Assembly (NCBI GenBank): GCA_951406725.2
Contig: OX597815.1
Span: forward strand, 161,820,001-161,884,000
Reading direction: 5' to 3'
Origin: Octopus vulgaris
Lineage: Eukaryota
Length of the DNA stretch: 64,000 bases
Positions 63,737 to 64,000 of this stretch are shown here, piece after piece (positions within the stretch are counted from its first letter, which is position 1; each line of letters begins with the position of its first letter). The translations under genes were made by a program, and so were the position numbers. The notes below the pieces were generated by a model, which ran no database searches, was not told where the DNA came from, and saw only the letters and a program-made list of their open reading frames with translations.

Positions 63737-64000
63737 ACTCTCTTACTCTTAGAAGCAAACATAAGAAGCAAAGAAGTTCTAAGAAATGCATCTGACCAAT
63801 TTGTTCTTGATAATATACAATTATTAACTTGTTAATTTCCATTTTCTTTTCTTCGTATATATATATATATACACATACACACACACACACATACACACAC
63901 ATATATATATAAGGTTAGTAGAGTTAGAGGTTGGAATAACTGTCTAAGGGATAGGAATATCCGTTTTCCTACCAGTATAAATTACCTATGTTAACCTTGG

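Overview
AT-rich, repeat-saturated eukaryotic DNA. It looks like an octopus (cephalopod) intronic or intergenic region; this is inferred from its tRNA-derived SINE families and microsatellite load. No host protein-coding gene can be called with confidence, and almost all ORFs in the track are translated microsatellites or SINEs. The real coding remnants are all transposon-derived: RTE LINEs, two Penelope-like elements (RT + GIY-YIG), two restriction-like-endonuclease (R4/Dong-type) LINE ends, mariner/Tc1/maT DD(D/E) transposases and a Helitron PIF1 helicase fragment. The most interesting signal is non-coding. About 10-12 type I hammerhead-ribozyme (HHR) motifs from several unrelated sequence families sit in short elements, most of them next to (TA)n microsatellites. 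These elements show fold-back (inverted) ends, circular permutation or terminal redundancy, as expected for Penelope pseudo-LTRs or retrozymes. They include HHRs with unusually long stem II inserts and a tRNA-like (Pol III) head joined to an HHR at the 3' end of a Penelope element. All structures were paired by eye; coordinates of degenerate element ends are approximate.
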